A stretch of DNA of 63,031 bases, filler included, from Neoconidiobolus thromboides FSU 785 (taxonomy: Eukaryota; Fungi; Entomophthoromycota): NCBI GenBank assembly GCA_025603075.1. It is 3 parts of 3 records of this genome, joined end to end, with 100 filler letters (N's around TTAATTAATTAA, not from the genome) between each part and the next. Parts side by side here need not be neighbours in the genome. Positions count along the whole stretch, not along the records: positions 20,053 to 46,484 come from MU626509.1; 2 more parts are not named here. One strand, written 5' to 3'. Every line of letters starts with the position of its first letter. Position 1 is the first letter of the stretch. The notes beneath the pieces were generated by a model that did no database searches, was not told where the DNA came from, and saw only the letters and a program-made list of their open reading frames with translations. This document shows, in pieces, positions 24,601-35,919 of this stretch. Both the position numbers and the translations under genes were made by a program.

Positions 24601-25517
24601 CTAGGTTTAACTCTTTACTATAACAAATTCCTTAAAATATTGATCATTAGCATAAAGGTAGTAAATATGAAAATATACTAGCTTAAAATATATTAAAATA
24701 TTAACTATACACGCATATTTATTTCTAAATTTGGATTTTTAAGTAGATAAAATTCAATTAATTATTATTAAATCTACTTGAAAATCTTGTTTTAAGAGTA
24801 ATAAAATAAACCAAATATTCAATAGCTAATTTCTAAATAATACATACATATTTGTTTTCGATATACTATTCGTTTTTATTATAAGCTCCTACTATAGAAG
24901 AAATAATAATAGTTTTGGGCAATTATTATTAATTTATAGCCAAAATACATTGTGATTTAAATTTTAACTTCTAACAAATCATTAAATCATAAATTAGAGA
25001 ATTACCTTTTTTATTGGGTAAAGAAAGAAATTGAGACCTTTGGCAAATCATTTTGACGCTTTTATTACTCCAGAAAAAATCTCCTTAATCTCTCTATTCG
25101 CCATTTTTAAAACGATATTTTAATAACTTAATGGATATTTTATAAACTTTGTTATTTTTGCATTTCCTAATCAGGAGCTCATTATGATAAAACTTTTCCT
25201 ATGAGCTGATTTTAAAAAGCCAAGCATGGGATGGTTTGGCCAATTAAATTCCTTTATTAGGCATAATATGCATTTTAATTGAATAAGGTTTCAAATCAAT
25301 GTTAGCTCATAATTTTCTCATGGTCATTACTTTTTCTAAACTGAAAAGGGCGAATTTAGAAAAGTATATAAAGAGATTCTTCGGAACTAAATATTTTTAA
25401 TTATTTGAGCTGAACTTAATCAGTCGTATTTTTAGTATATTTTAACATTTTCTGTTTGACCGAGTCAATTTCAAACTTCTATATCTTCTCTCTAGTCTAT
25501 TATAGCCACTATTTATT

Positions 25518-26288
25518 ATGTTAAATTATCCAACTCAAGCCCAGTTATCGAAGCTAGTTCGTCCCTCATCAGGAAACGAAAAGAAGCATGTGTTTACTCA
25601 TTACAGTGCCCCTTCTTCCCCAAGACCTAATTACTATGAACAATTTGAAGAAACTTCAATTGAAGATGCTCTGAAAGCTAATGATTCTGTTTTTGATGAG
25701 TTTATCAATCAAGATACCTCAGTAACTCTCGCCAGAATAACTTATTTCTTTGATGATGGACATTGTGGAGGATTCCTTTCAATTCCACATCTTGGGAGAC
25801 ATGGGTCAGCCAGTACTGCTGCAATTGCCAGAATACTCGAGCGTTGGTTGGTAGAAAAAACTTCTAACCCAGCTGATTCAACCACTATCATTCCGATCCT
25901 TGAAGAACCAATTGATCAAACTACTGCTTCAATTACTGAAAGAATTCAAGCAGAGGGTGCTGACTATATAGGAAATTTAGCTAAAGTTGCCATCCACGTC
26001 AACGCAGGACATATATTTACTTTACAACAGTGTTGTGAGGACGATGGTGTGTTATGGGCTGCACAAAAATTCCAACAAGAATATCCACTTTTCCTTGATT
26101 TAACAATTCATACTGTCCCTATCGGTTCAAAGCCAGCAAATCAACCTTTCTTTGATAAAACAAAAATACCTATTTCAACTCCTTCCAGTGATTCGGCCAT
26201 CTCATATACTAAAGTTTCTTCAGATTCAGTTTCAAACCAAACTGAGGTTCTATTATATTTTAAAAAAGTACGCCTTACTGATATATGA
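25518..26288 (+). CDS. Hypothetical protein (256 aa)
   Basis: Long ORF with higher GC and protein-like composition inside otherwise non-coding DNA; no family recognised. Confidence 0.7.
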   Translation: MLNYPTQAQLSKLVRPSSGNEKKHVFTHYSAPSSPRPNYYEQFEETSIEDALKANDSVFDEFINQDTSVTLARITYFFDDGHCGGFLSIPHLGRHGSASTAAIARILERWLVEKTSNPADSTTIIPILEEPIDQTTASITERIQAEGADYIGNLAKVAIHVNAGHIFTLQQCCEDDGVLWAAQKFQQEYPLFLDLTIHTVPIGSKPANQPFFDKTKIPISTPSSDSAISYTKVSSDSVSNQTEVLLYFKKVRLTDI

Positions 26289-27830
26289 TCGATTTACTTA
26301 TTGAACTTGTATTATAACTTAACCACTGCTAAATAAACTATTAATATTGTACTTTTTATGAATTGATGTAATTATGAAAAATATTTCTTATCTTTTAAAG
26401 AAAAATACAACCACGAAAATCTCATACCAACTTTATGGTCCAATAAAACACTATTTAATGTTTTGGGCAGAAATTGTATTTATTTGAGAGTTTTATAATT
26501 TCTTCCGACTTTAATATCACAATGAGAATAAAAATTAATTTAGCCATATATTTATTAATTGTTAGTAAATCTACATAACAATTTATAGAAAAGAAACAAT
26601 TTAATACTTAATTAAAGTTAATGTTTATTAAACTATCAAAATAATAGTTAATATTATATTAGTAAACTTCTATTTCAATCAATCTATTAATTTAAGTTCG
26701 AAATTAATCTCTACTTTAATCTATTACAGATAGCCTAACCTCGGTGTGGATACTTTAAGCAACCTTTTGAACTAAATTCGTGTAGTAGTTCAATTTGATT
26801 GGTAGACGAACATAAAGCAATCAAACTAAAGATAAAGATAACAGAACTGGAGGGTAAAATTCCATCATTCTTCGTCAATTTAAATTTGATAACAAAAAAG
26901 CACTGTTTGATTAAAACTTGATTTTAAAAGTATTAATTAATAACTAGATAAGCTGGGTATGTCATCGTTGTCTAATAAATAAAGTATGTTGGGTATTTCA
27001 TCATGTTTTTCCAAGCCTCACTTGAGATTGGGCTTTAAGTTTGTTGATAAAGCCTAAATGAAATAGTATTAATATAGAAATGGCAATACTCATATACATT
27101 TATAGTCATGATTTCATTAAAAAGAGCATCTATTATAATAGTTTAACAGATTTATTTAACTTTAGTAAACAGATAAATCGAAAATTTGATATTGTTGTAT
27201 AGGGGTAAATGTAATAGCTTTTTTAAATCCAAAAAGAATCGGATAATTCTCAAGTGTTTTATTGATGATTATAAAATAAGGAATAATAAGTGAAAACAAT
27301 GGTTAGAAAGTAGGAAAGGTAATAGATAAGAATTATTTAGGCTATGTGAAAGTATAATTATAATAATTGTTCATTCAATTTATAAACCTAAATACTTTAC
27401 AAAGCCTGTTTTGGTAATAAAAACATAACTAGCCATAGCTTTTAAAAAAAGGATCGAAATTGTGACTGCTAGTTATGGGATTCAAAATTAAATCCTTTTA
27501 TCTACTACACAAGAGAAACTATCAAACCATTTATTTTCAGGTGGCTCCTATTATTTTCTCAGACAATAAATAGAAACCTTCTTGTTTTTAAGTTGAGTTG
27601 AAGATTAAGTTTCAATAGTTAGGCCTAGTTCAGCTGAAATAAAATTATGTAAAATCGTTAGATGATTTTTAAAAAATAGTTGAACTGAGATTGCCCAAAA
27701 ATTCGTTTGGGCAATTAAAAATCAAGATAATTTTTGAGGAAAAGCTGAAAGTAAAAGTTCGAGGGATGTTACTCTCTGATTAAGGCGGGGCTGGGATTGA
27801 AATTACTTTGGCCTTTTTTATCTTGCTAAT

Positions 27831-27965
27831 GAACGAAAAAATACATCCTCATATAGTGTATTTGTTATTCGCATATTATTAGCTCAAGAATTTTACTAAC
27901 AATCTTTTCACTCAAGTAGTGCTTAAAAGATAGAAAAAGTGATGAAACCCAAAAAAACATCATGT
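27831..27965. mobile_element. MITE family A copy 7 (reverse orientation; one terminus flipped by a local inversion)
   Basis: Body at 27885-27965 matches the family; its missing terminus appears reversed at 27831-27854 (GAACGAAAAAATACATCCTCATAT). Confidence 0.75.
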
Positions 27966-28316
27966 AGATTAAAGTTTTGGGAGTATAATTCCCTTTTAAA
28001 GGTGGGTGGGTTATTTATTGTAAGATAGCGGTTGTTTTATGTATTATTTCATCAAGAAAGTTGTTGAATGGAGTTATTATTTTGACTATAAAGCATTACT
28101 CTTACATTATATAAAATAATAATAGTTGAATAATTTAATACAATTTAAAATATTTTTATGCAAGGGTTAAAGCTCCCTAAATTAAATACTTGGGAAAAAA
28201 CTTCCTTTTAACAACTTTCTGCATTTTAAATATACCAAAACGACAGATTTGCCAAAATTGTTTCTAATATTTAAAATGACAATTTATTGAATGATAATAA
28301 AATAAAAAAAGCGAAT

Positions 28317-29660
28317 TTAAATCTCTAAGGATTTAAGTACCTTGACGGCAATAGGGTTACTTTGCTTTAAAAGTTTAGTCACTTTTAAAGGAGAATAAAG
28401 ACGAGTAGGAACATCATAATAAAGCTCCTTGAGTTTAGGTGCTTTGGAAGCAATAGCTGCAACAGTAGCAGAAAGTTGGAATACTTTAAGATAGCTCCAA
28501 TTTAACTTAATATTCAAGCTAGAAATAGAATCAGCCAATTCTTGTTGTGCTTTACAGTGGCCCAATTGGACGTATTCACCACTTGGAAAGATGGAATTTA
28601 ATAATTGTAAAGTGGATGCATCAAAATTAACAACTCCAATACTTAACTTTTTGATCTTTTCAGTTTTATTGACTTCCATCAATACTTCTTGTGAAATTGA
28701 GCCCTCAATTTTTAATGTATGTAACTTTGGCAGTTGAAAAATGAATTGATTTAAATGCTTGCCACTGGACGACCACATCATGCATTCAAATGATTCCACA
28801 TTACTTACACTCATTGTAAGATTTTCTGCATCTTCATCATTGCGGACATAATCGAGCTGCACATTCTTTAAATTTGACCAAGGGTAAAGGAACCAAGATT
28901 GATTTTTAGTTTGATAAGAAACAAGTGTAAGGTTTATAAGATTAGGAAAGCAATCAGGATGAAGATAAAATAATTTAGAATCAACATCAATATCTTTAGC
29001 CCAAGATTCTAAATGAAGGGAGGTAAGATAGCGATTCTTATACTTTAATTTAAAATCATAGTCAATTGAATAAAGTTCATCATAAGATAAATCAGAGCTA
29101 ATAACAACATTTTTGGCTGGTGGAGTGATTAACTTACAGCGAAAATCTTTAAGTAATGGTAAAGAATAAAATACTTTTTCAGCAACACGATAATCAACAT
29201 AATTTAAATGAAGTACATTTAAATGTTGAAATCTTTTTAAATTAATCCAAGCAGAATGAATTGGACTAAATTGGCCTTTATCTAACAATGAAATTTTGAT
29301 ACTTTTCATACGTGGATAAAAGTTTGTAAAAAAGTCAACTACATCTGGATTTACATCAGTTTCTTCAAGCTGGAGGTGATTAAGATGAGGACATGAATTG
29401 AAGATATTCATATGGTCAAATGATAAATTATCTAATTTGAGTAAAGCTAAATTTCTAGTATGGTTCCCATACTTATTGGTTAACTCTTTGCGATAACGGT
29501 GGTTGTCTGAATACTTCAGAGTATGAAATATTCTTATATTTACAAGTTGGTTAATGGATTTATTAGCTAGACGTATTTCTAATAAATCAGTCTCAGAGAG
29601 GTAGTTTAAGACCTCATCTACAAGCTCATAGGGTAGTTCGTTGAATTTAGATAGTTCCAT
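28317..29660 (-). CDS. F-box / leucine-rich (RNI-like) protein, intronless
   Basis: N-terminal F-box LSKFNELPYELVDEVLNYLSETDLLEIRLANK, followed by LxxLxL repeats (CPHLNHLQL, FPNLINLTL, LPKLHTLKI, APKLKELY). Confidence 0.85.
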   Translation of the reverse strand: MELSKFNELPYELVDEVLNYLSETDLLEIRLANKSINQLVNIRIFHTLKYSDNHRYRKELTNKYGNHTRNLALLKLDNLSFDHMNIFNSCPHLNHLQLEETDVNPDVVDFFTNFYPRMKSIKISLLDKGQFSPIHSAWINLKRFQHLNVLHLNYVDYRVAEKVFYSLPLLKDFRCKLITPPAKNVVISSDLSYDELYSIDYDFKLKYKNRYLTSLHLESWAKDIDVDSKLFYLHPDCFPNLINLTLVSYQTKNQSWFLYPWSNLKNVQLDYVRNDEDAENLTMSVSNVESFECMMWSSSGKHLNQFIFQLPKLHTLKIEGSISQEVLMEVNKTEKIKKLSIGVVNFDASTLQLLNSIFPSGEYVQLGHCKAQQELADSISSLNIKLNWSYLKVFQLSATVAAIASKAPKLKELYYDVPTRLYSPLKVTKLLKQSNPIAVKVLKSLEI

Positions 29661-30985
29661 TTATTCAATGAAGGAGAAAGTTAAGGACACTTGGTTTGAT
29701 GGTAGGTTGTAATAATACAAGTAAGCAGAAGTTTAACATCAAATTATTTTAAGAAAACAGTTTGTAATAGATTTAAGATAAGTTTAAAGCGTATTGATAT
29801 ATTGATATATGTGCTTTATACTAATCTAGTTAAAATTGAAAGGTGGAATTGAGTTCGAAACAGAGTCACTATTTTTATAAAAATTAAAATAAAATTCCCA
29901 CGCCTGTTTAAATTGAAAGTAGAAACGAAAAAATAATTCAACAAGGCAAAGGATGCTGCAATTTAAATAGTATTCAGTGTAGGGCTGAATTAAGTTTTCC
30001 CATTACTACATGATTGGCTGATATCGTTTAAAACCAAAAAGATTCAATTATTACTCACTTTACCACGCTTCAATTGGTTGAAATCAAAGAAGCTTAGAAG
30101 TTTTGGATGGGATGTTTCACAATAAAGAATATGATTTCAGCCAATTGAAGCCTGCTTAATTCTGGCTTTGCAACCAGTGTGGAGAGACTGATATCGTCAT
30201 CTGATTTACTGGTTTAATAAGTTATAAGTGATTTATGGGGTAAAAAAATTTATAATTAAATAGAACGAGAAGCTTAATCGTATTAAAATGGAGGAGCATG
30301 AGTAGCTTGTTTATAGACTTTCCCTGGACCAAAAGTGTACAACAAACTTTATTTTATAAATTTTCATCAGATTTTAAATCGTTTGATTTTTTTGAAAAAT
30401 TACTTAGTCAAAAACCATCAAGAATAATTATTCTAACTTGTTTTAAGGTCATATTTTAAAAATTAGCAGTCACATCTTATCCCCCCACATTCAAAAAAAT
30501 GGAAGTTATAAGCCAATAATGAATTATTGTATGTTCATAAAACTCCAATGATTGGTTTTTTTTTATATCCCCACACGCCTTTACCTTCTGTTTATAGCAA
30601 TAAAAAAAGCTTGACATAATTATAATACTTGTTCAAATATCACTTGAAAGCAACTTTTGATATCCTTTACTTGATACTTTTTGTCCTTTTATAGATCAAT
30701 TTCATAGTTCTCGTTAAAAATGTTTAGACAACGAATAATAAATATCTGTTGGCTGAAATGGTATTTGATTAGACGAAAATTTATAAAGCTTTATATGTAA
30801 ATATATTACAGCTGCTTACTTGAGTTCAGTAGTGCTTATTGTTGAATAGATCTTTTTATGTTATGAATAGAATCTATTTTTTAAGATGTGACTACTTATT
30901 TTATTTATTTTTATTTTTGGTATGATTTGGAGTATTTGCTTCAAAGCATTATATTTTTGAAAATACAAGTCTTCTATTATAAATC

Positions 30986-31158
30986 TCAAGTAGAGATCAT
31001 AATGAAGTAATGAGATATTTTCAATATTCTTGTATAAAATATGATAACTAAATAGCAAGAATGCTTATTAAAAAAACTCCACTAATAAATGAAGCTACAG
31101 AGAAGGCTATCCAATACATATAATATTATACAATTTTTAATATTTTTAAAAACTATAT
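30986..31158. repeat. Left arm of a ~170-bp inverted repeat (pairs with 31913-32079)
   Basis: TCAAGTAGAGATCATAATGAA...CTCCACTAATAAATGAAGCTACAG... is the reverse complement of the right arm, with scattered mismatches. Confidence 0.85.
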
Positions 31159-31257
31159 GAGAGTGTTTATTTTGACTTCATTACTTTTTCCGTTTTTTAA
31201 GCACTATTTAAGTGGAAAAATTGTTAGTAAAATTCTTAAACACAAAAATACATCCCC
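31159..31257. mobile_element. MITE family A copy 8 (inserted in the left inverted-repeat arm)
   Basis: GAGAGTGTTTATTTT...AAAATACATCCCC; ATAT on both sides; the equivalent site in the right arm is empty. Confidence 0.9.
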
Positions 31258-31389
31258 ATATAGTCATTTCAAAAATCTGGGATATTTATTTTTAAAATTC
31301 AAGTTCCATAAAATCTTATCATTATAGCTCAATCATAACCAGATTTAATTGTAGTTCTAACAATAATCAACACTAAGTATTTGAAATAT

Positions 31390-31583
31390 GAGGATGTTTT
31401 TTTGGTCTCATTATTTTTCCATTTTTTAAGCGCTATTTCAGTGGAAAAATTGTTAGTAAGATTGTTAAGCAAAAGAATATATGAGGATATGTTTTTTTGT
31501 TTAATTTTATCACAATCTTTCCACTGAAATAGCGCTTAAAAAATGGAAAAATAATGAGACCAAAAAAACAACCCCATATCCTT
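31390..31583. mobile_element. MITE family A copies 9 and 10: reverse copy (31483-31575) nested in the right TIR of a forward copy
   Basis: The inner copy is flanked by ATAT at 31479-82 and 31576-79; the rest of the host TIR (CCTT) follows it; 53-bp perfect arms at 31395-31447 and 31518-31570. Confidence 0.85.
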
Positions 31584-31912
31584 ATGAATATCTTTTTTAT
31601 TCTTTCCTTCATGTTTGAAAACTATATTGCATTAATTCATTAACTAAAACTCAGTCAGGTTTTCAACTTAAACAAAACAATTGGACTGGTTTATAAGTTT
31701 AGTAGTATAAAACCTTATATAAAAGATTTCATAGTATAAGAAAAGATATCAAATAGATAATAAAGTTATGGAATAAATATAGCTATAGTAATTCAACTAC
31801 TGATGTATAAGGTTTGATATTGATTTAGCTATTTTTAAAAAGCTTCATAAAAAAATAAAAAAAAATAATAAAACTAAAATTTTCAAAAAAAGTTTCAAAT
31901 TTTAAAATAGTT

Positions 31913-32079
31913 GTATAGTTTTTAGATATATATTATATAATATTATATGTGCTGGGTAATCTTATTCTGTAGCTTCATTTATTAGTGGAGTTTTTTTGAT
32001 AAGCATCCTTGTTATTTAGTTATCATATTTTATACAAGAATATTGAAAATCTTATTATTTCATTATGATCTCTACTTGA
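31913..32079. repeat. Right arm of the ~170-bp inverted repeat
   Basis: Reverse complement of 30986-31158. Confidence 0.85.
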
Positions 32080-32800
32080 CTGAAATACATATTAGTTTAT
32101 TTATTAGTATCATAAATGCTACAAAGATATATATAGATTTTTTCTTATTAAGGAATTTAGCCATAGCCTTTTTAATTTCATGATTAAAAACTAGTCAAAC
32201 TGAAAGAAAAATATATATAATGATACTGGATGTAGAATGGTAATTAGAAACTACTAATATCAGGATTATTTATTGTTTTACATGCTCTTGGTATACCTTA
32301 CAGTCTTTTACAACTTTAATCATGATAAAATTTTCAATTGTTTTAAATCTATTATTTTATTTTACAAATAAGATAAAGCTAAAACCTATTACTTCCTTAT
32401 GTATGTTTTATAGGTAAGTAAATTTATGCTAGATTTTTATGCAAGTTTCATAGGGGCTGCTACCATTCTAATTTAGAATTTTGTAATAGATTATTAAAAT
32501 AAAATGCCCAACACAAAATAAGCTATAGAGCTGCATTCGAATATTTAATGTTCAAAATGTTACTAAAAATGTACTTACCATAATATACAAATATTTCAGT
32601 TTTGTATTTTATTTGTTAGCATTCAAGGTACTTTTATTTTGCATTTATAAGTCACAAGTAGATAGGTTTATTATAGGGGTAGGGGTTCAAGAAAGCTTCA
32701 GCAGGAGGTTACAATCCTAATATCTTGAATGATAAAATGAATTTTACAGAATAAAATATTCATGTATAAGTAATGTTTTTGATTTAAGGTGTAAGAAGTT

Positions 32801-32873
32801 GCCTTCTTGGCTCAGTTGGCAGAGCGTCCGCCTAGTAAGCGGAAGGTCATTGGTTCGATTCCGATAGAAGGCA
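32801..32873 (+). tRNA. tRNA-Thr (anticodon AGT), no intron
   Basis: Acceptor stem GCCTTCT/AGAAGGC, D-loop TGG, anticodon stem TCCGC/GCGGA with loop CT-AGT-AA, TTCGA T-loop, discriminator A, oligo-T run downstream. Confidence 0.96.
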
Positions 32874-33170
32874 TTTAAAAACATTTTTGTTTTGTCTCAT
32901 TTTAAAGGAATAGCTAATGGAAAATGATCTAGGCAAGTAAAGGGTAGACATCTACTTACTGCCTGGTTTGAAGCAAGAAATAATATAAGAGTATAATGAC
33001 TGAATCTTTTCATTGTAGTATTATATTAGATATTAAAAAGGGTGACTCCGCAGTTTCGAGATTATATCTAAAAGGCTTTTTGTAAATCCAAACAGTGGAG
33101 ATTTGCACAGTTTAAATATGACAAAACTTAAAATTTTAATATAAATAGCATCACACATTATTTACTAAAT

Positions 33171-33257
33171 GGAGATGTTTTTTTGATTTCATTACTTTTC
33201 TATTTTTTAAGCGCTACTTGAGTGGAAAGGTTAGTAAAATTTTTTAAATACATCCTC
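33171..33257. mobile_element. MITE family A copy 11 (short internal deletion)
   Basis: GGAGATGTTTTT...AAATACATCCTC; AAAT on both sides. Confidence 0.85.
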
Positions 33258-33417
33258 AAATAAAATTACTCTAATTTTTTATTGTATGTTGTTACAAATA
33301 ATTGATGTATTTTAATAATTTTAATTAATCAATAGCTATAATATATTTTGTCTCAATTTAGTTTTGTACTGAATTACATAATAACTATTATAGTAAATAA
33401 TTTATTCTAAATTTAAT

Positions 33418-35127
33418 TTATTCAGTTTTAGACTTACTAATAATTCTTTTATAATAGTTAAGTAAAAACCTGGAAATTAGATATAGACTGTAAATTGATA
33501 ATGTAACACTTCCTAATATTAGCAAAATAGCCGCACCGTAGATGTCAATACCCCTACCTGAAATAAAAGACATTTGTTGGGACACTGGAATAAGATGTTT
33601 AAGTTCACAAGGTGGTGAATTGGAAGTAGGGTCGTAGGGCTCATATTTTCTACATAATTGAGCAGTATAAGCGTGTTGCTCAAATAAGTCAGCTGCATAG
33701 CTGATTTTTTTAGAATTGTAACGAGAAATGGCTTTCATTCTTAATAAGTTGGATTTAAATTTATCATCTTTATCTTCAATAATGGCCTTAAACTGCTCTT
33801 TTAATGATTCAGGTGTAAAGTTAAATTTATCAACATATAATCCAGTTCCAGCTTCTTCTAGCTTAGCTGCATTTCTTGGTTGATCTGCAAATAAGGCTAA
33901 ACACAATACTGGAGTACCTGAATAAATTGCTTCGAATGTAGATTCAATTCCACCATGTGAGATAAATAATTTAGTATTCTTATGGTTTAAAACCGATACT
34001 TGTGGTGCCCAAGATAACAACTTAACTTTATCATTCTTCCCTTCAAATAAATCTTGTACCTCTATCTTACCACCTTTACTATTGTTTATTTCAACTGGAA
34101 AATCACCCTGTTTAGTCTTACCTAATCCCCAAATTATACCATCAATAATGCCTTCCTCAATTGCTAGTAACGATGCTTCTAATATTTTCTTAGTCATAAC
34201 ATCATTCAGAATAGAATGTGAACCAAAAGCAACAAACAAAGTGTTCTCATGAGTATTTAAAAACTCTTCTAATTCAGGACTTAGTGTATCTCTATTTTCA
34301 GATACAATTGGACCAACCGAAATCAAGTCTGGTAGTAAGTTGGCTGCTGGTTCAAATCCAAAAAAACCGTTAGCAATATTCAATCCATAATTCACCCCAG
34401 AGTTCATCCCTTTAGGAGGGAGAATCTGATACTTTTGTCTTAGTTGGTTGTTTGCTCTCATAACCCCTGAAAAATAATATACTTTAATAGCTGGTTTAAT
34501 GATCTGAGAATTAAAGCGTTCAACAAAAGACATATCTTTGGTATAGATTGGACCATAATCAAAGCCTGAAGTGATAAAGGGTTCTTTAGTTAAACCTACA
34601 CCATCGGTTGTTTGATAACCAACAATTAAAGGTATCTTTAAATGCTTTGCTAAGTCCATACAAGAATGAGCAAAGAAACTGCAAACTAAAAGGTCGGGTT
34701 TCGATTCAATCAGATACTCTTTAAGTGGTACAAAGGTTTCTTCATAAGATTTAGTAAAAAATACATCCAAAGACTTTGCCATAAATTTTGGGCTCGTATT
34801 AGCTCCAGCTTGTGATATCATTTGCTTCACTTTATCGTTCATCATTTTCTCTGCTTCAATATCTACTTCAGTACTCCCTAAAGTATAATTTTTTATGTTA
34901 TATCCTTTAACAAATCGAATATTTTCTTGTATTGTTGCATAGGTTACCTCATGGCCTCTTTTTGCTAGCACATCACCAATTTCTAAAAGCGACTTAATAT
35001 GACTTCTACCGCCAAAGGAGGAATGTAACACGATGTTCAATCTATTAGTAGGTAACGCTTGCTTTTCATTAGAAGCATCTAATAAATTGAAAGTAATAAA
35101 AGTTAAAATTATAGTAAAAAATCTCAT
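33418..35127 (-). CDS. UDP-glycosyltransferase (GT1/UDPGT), copy 1; signal peptide and C-terminal TM helix
   Basis: GGRSHIK catalytic His; FVAFGS; signature WAPQVSVLNHKNTKLFISHGGIESTFEAIYSGTPVLCLALFADQPRNA; TM helix and KSKTE tail. Confidence 0.93.
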   Translation of the reverse strand: MRFFTIILTFITFNLLDASNEKQALPTNRLNIVLHSSFGGRSHIKSLLEIGDVLAKRGHEVTYATIQENIRFVKGYNIKNYTLGSTEVDIEAEKMMNDKVKQMISQAGANTSPKFMAKSLDVFFTKSYEETFVPLKEYLIESKPDLLVCSFFAHSCMDLAKHLKIPLIVGYQTTDGVGLTKEPFITSGFDYGPIYTKDMSFVERFNSQIIKPAIKVYYFSGVMRANNQLRQKYQILPPKGMNSGVNYGLNIANGFFGFEPAANLLPDLISVGPIVSENRDTLSPELEEFLNTHENTLFVAFGSHSILNDVMTKKILEASLLAIEEGIIDGIIWGLGKTKQGDFPVEINNSKGGKIEVQDLFEGKNDKVKLLSWAPQVSVLNHKNTKLFISHGGIESTFEAIYSGTPVLCLALFADQPRNAAKLEEAGTGLYVDKFNFTPESLKEQFKAIIEDKDDKFKSNLLRMKAISRYNSKKISYAADLFEQHAYTAQLCRKYEPYDPTSNSPPCELKHLIPVSQQMSFISGRGIDIYGAAILLILGSVTLSIYSLYLISRFLLNYYKRIISKSKTE

Positions 35128-35919
35128 TTTTTTGATTCTAATTTAATTAATCCATTGCATTTATATAGTTTTGTTTTGGAAGTTTAATTCTATGATTCAT
35201 AAATACTGACTAGTTTATTACATAACGGTAAAATGATTTCGGATTAACTGTAAAATTAACTTTATAAGCTAAATTTTATTTTAGAGTTTAACACCGATAA
35301 GTTTCTTTCGATTATTTTCTATCACCGATAAGATTCAAAACGCTATTATATATTATTAAATTTACTTTTTTAGCTTCTCATAAATATAATTTAGTGATCA
35401 AAAAAGTTAAACTCTAAAAAAAAACTAGCTTACTAAAAGCCAAAATAATTTTATAGTAGAATTTATTATTCTTTTGAATCTAGCATAATTTTAATTTAAA
35501 ATATTTCATCTTTTAAACTATATATATTTTAGACTATATCGCATTATTTTTAGATAGAAATATAACTTTCTACGTTTTACTATACAAAAACAAATTTATG
35601 TATATATCTATCTCCGTATTGTTATGCTCAATTTTAGTTGCTATCTTGCATGTAGCTTGCTGCTTTTCCATGGACCTTTTGTGTTTGAAAGCTATACAAT
35701 CAATGTAGTGCCTCTAAGAATCATCCCAAAAATTGAAATACTCAACCTTAAGGTTTTATTTCTCAATAAATAGTATAGTAGATAGTTTTTATATAAAAAA
35801 TTCTTCTAGTCAAACCAAATCACCAAACTATCAATACTTTAAGACGTGACTATATTTACAATACAATAAAATCCAATTGCTGTATACAAAATGCATATCA
35901 ATTGTTATTCTATAAGTTT

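Noticed and set aside
26700-27660. Possible decayed F-box-like gene next to the intact one
   Set aside because: Only compositional resemblance; no alignable motif found by eye
31159-31583. Clustered ~95-bp repeats as a CRISPR-like array
   Set aside because: Eukaryotic context, dispersed and inverted copies, TIR/TSD structure, no regular spacers and no cas genes
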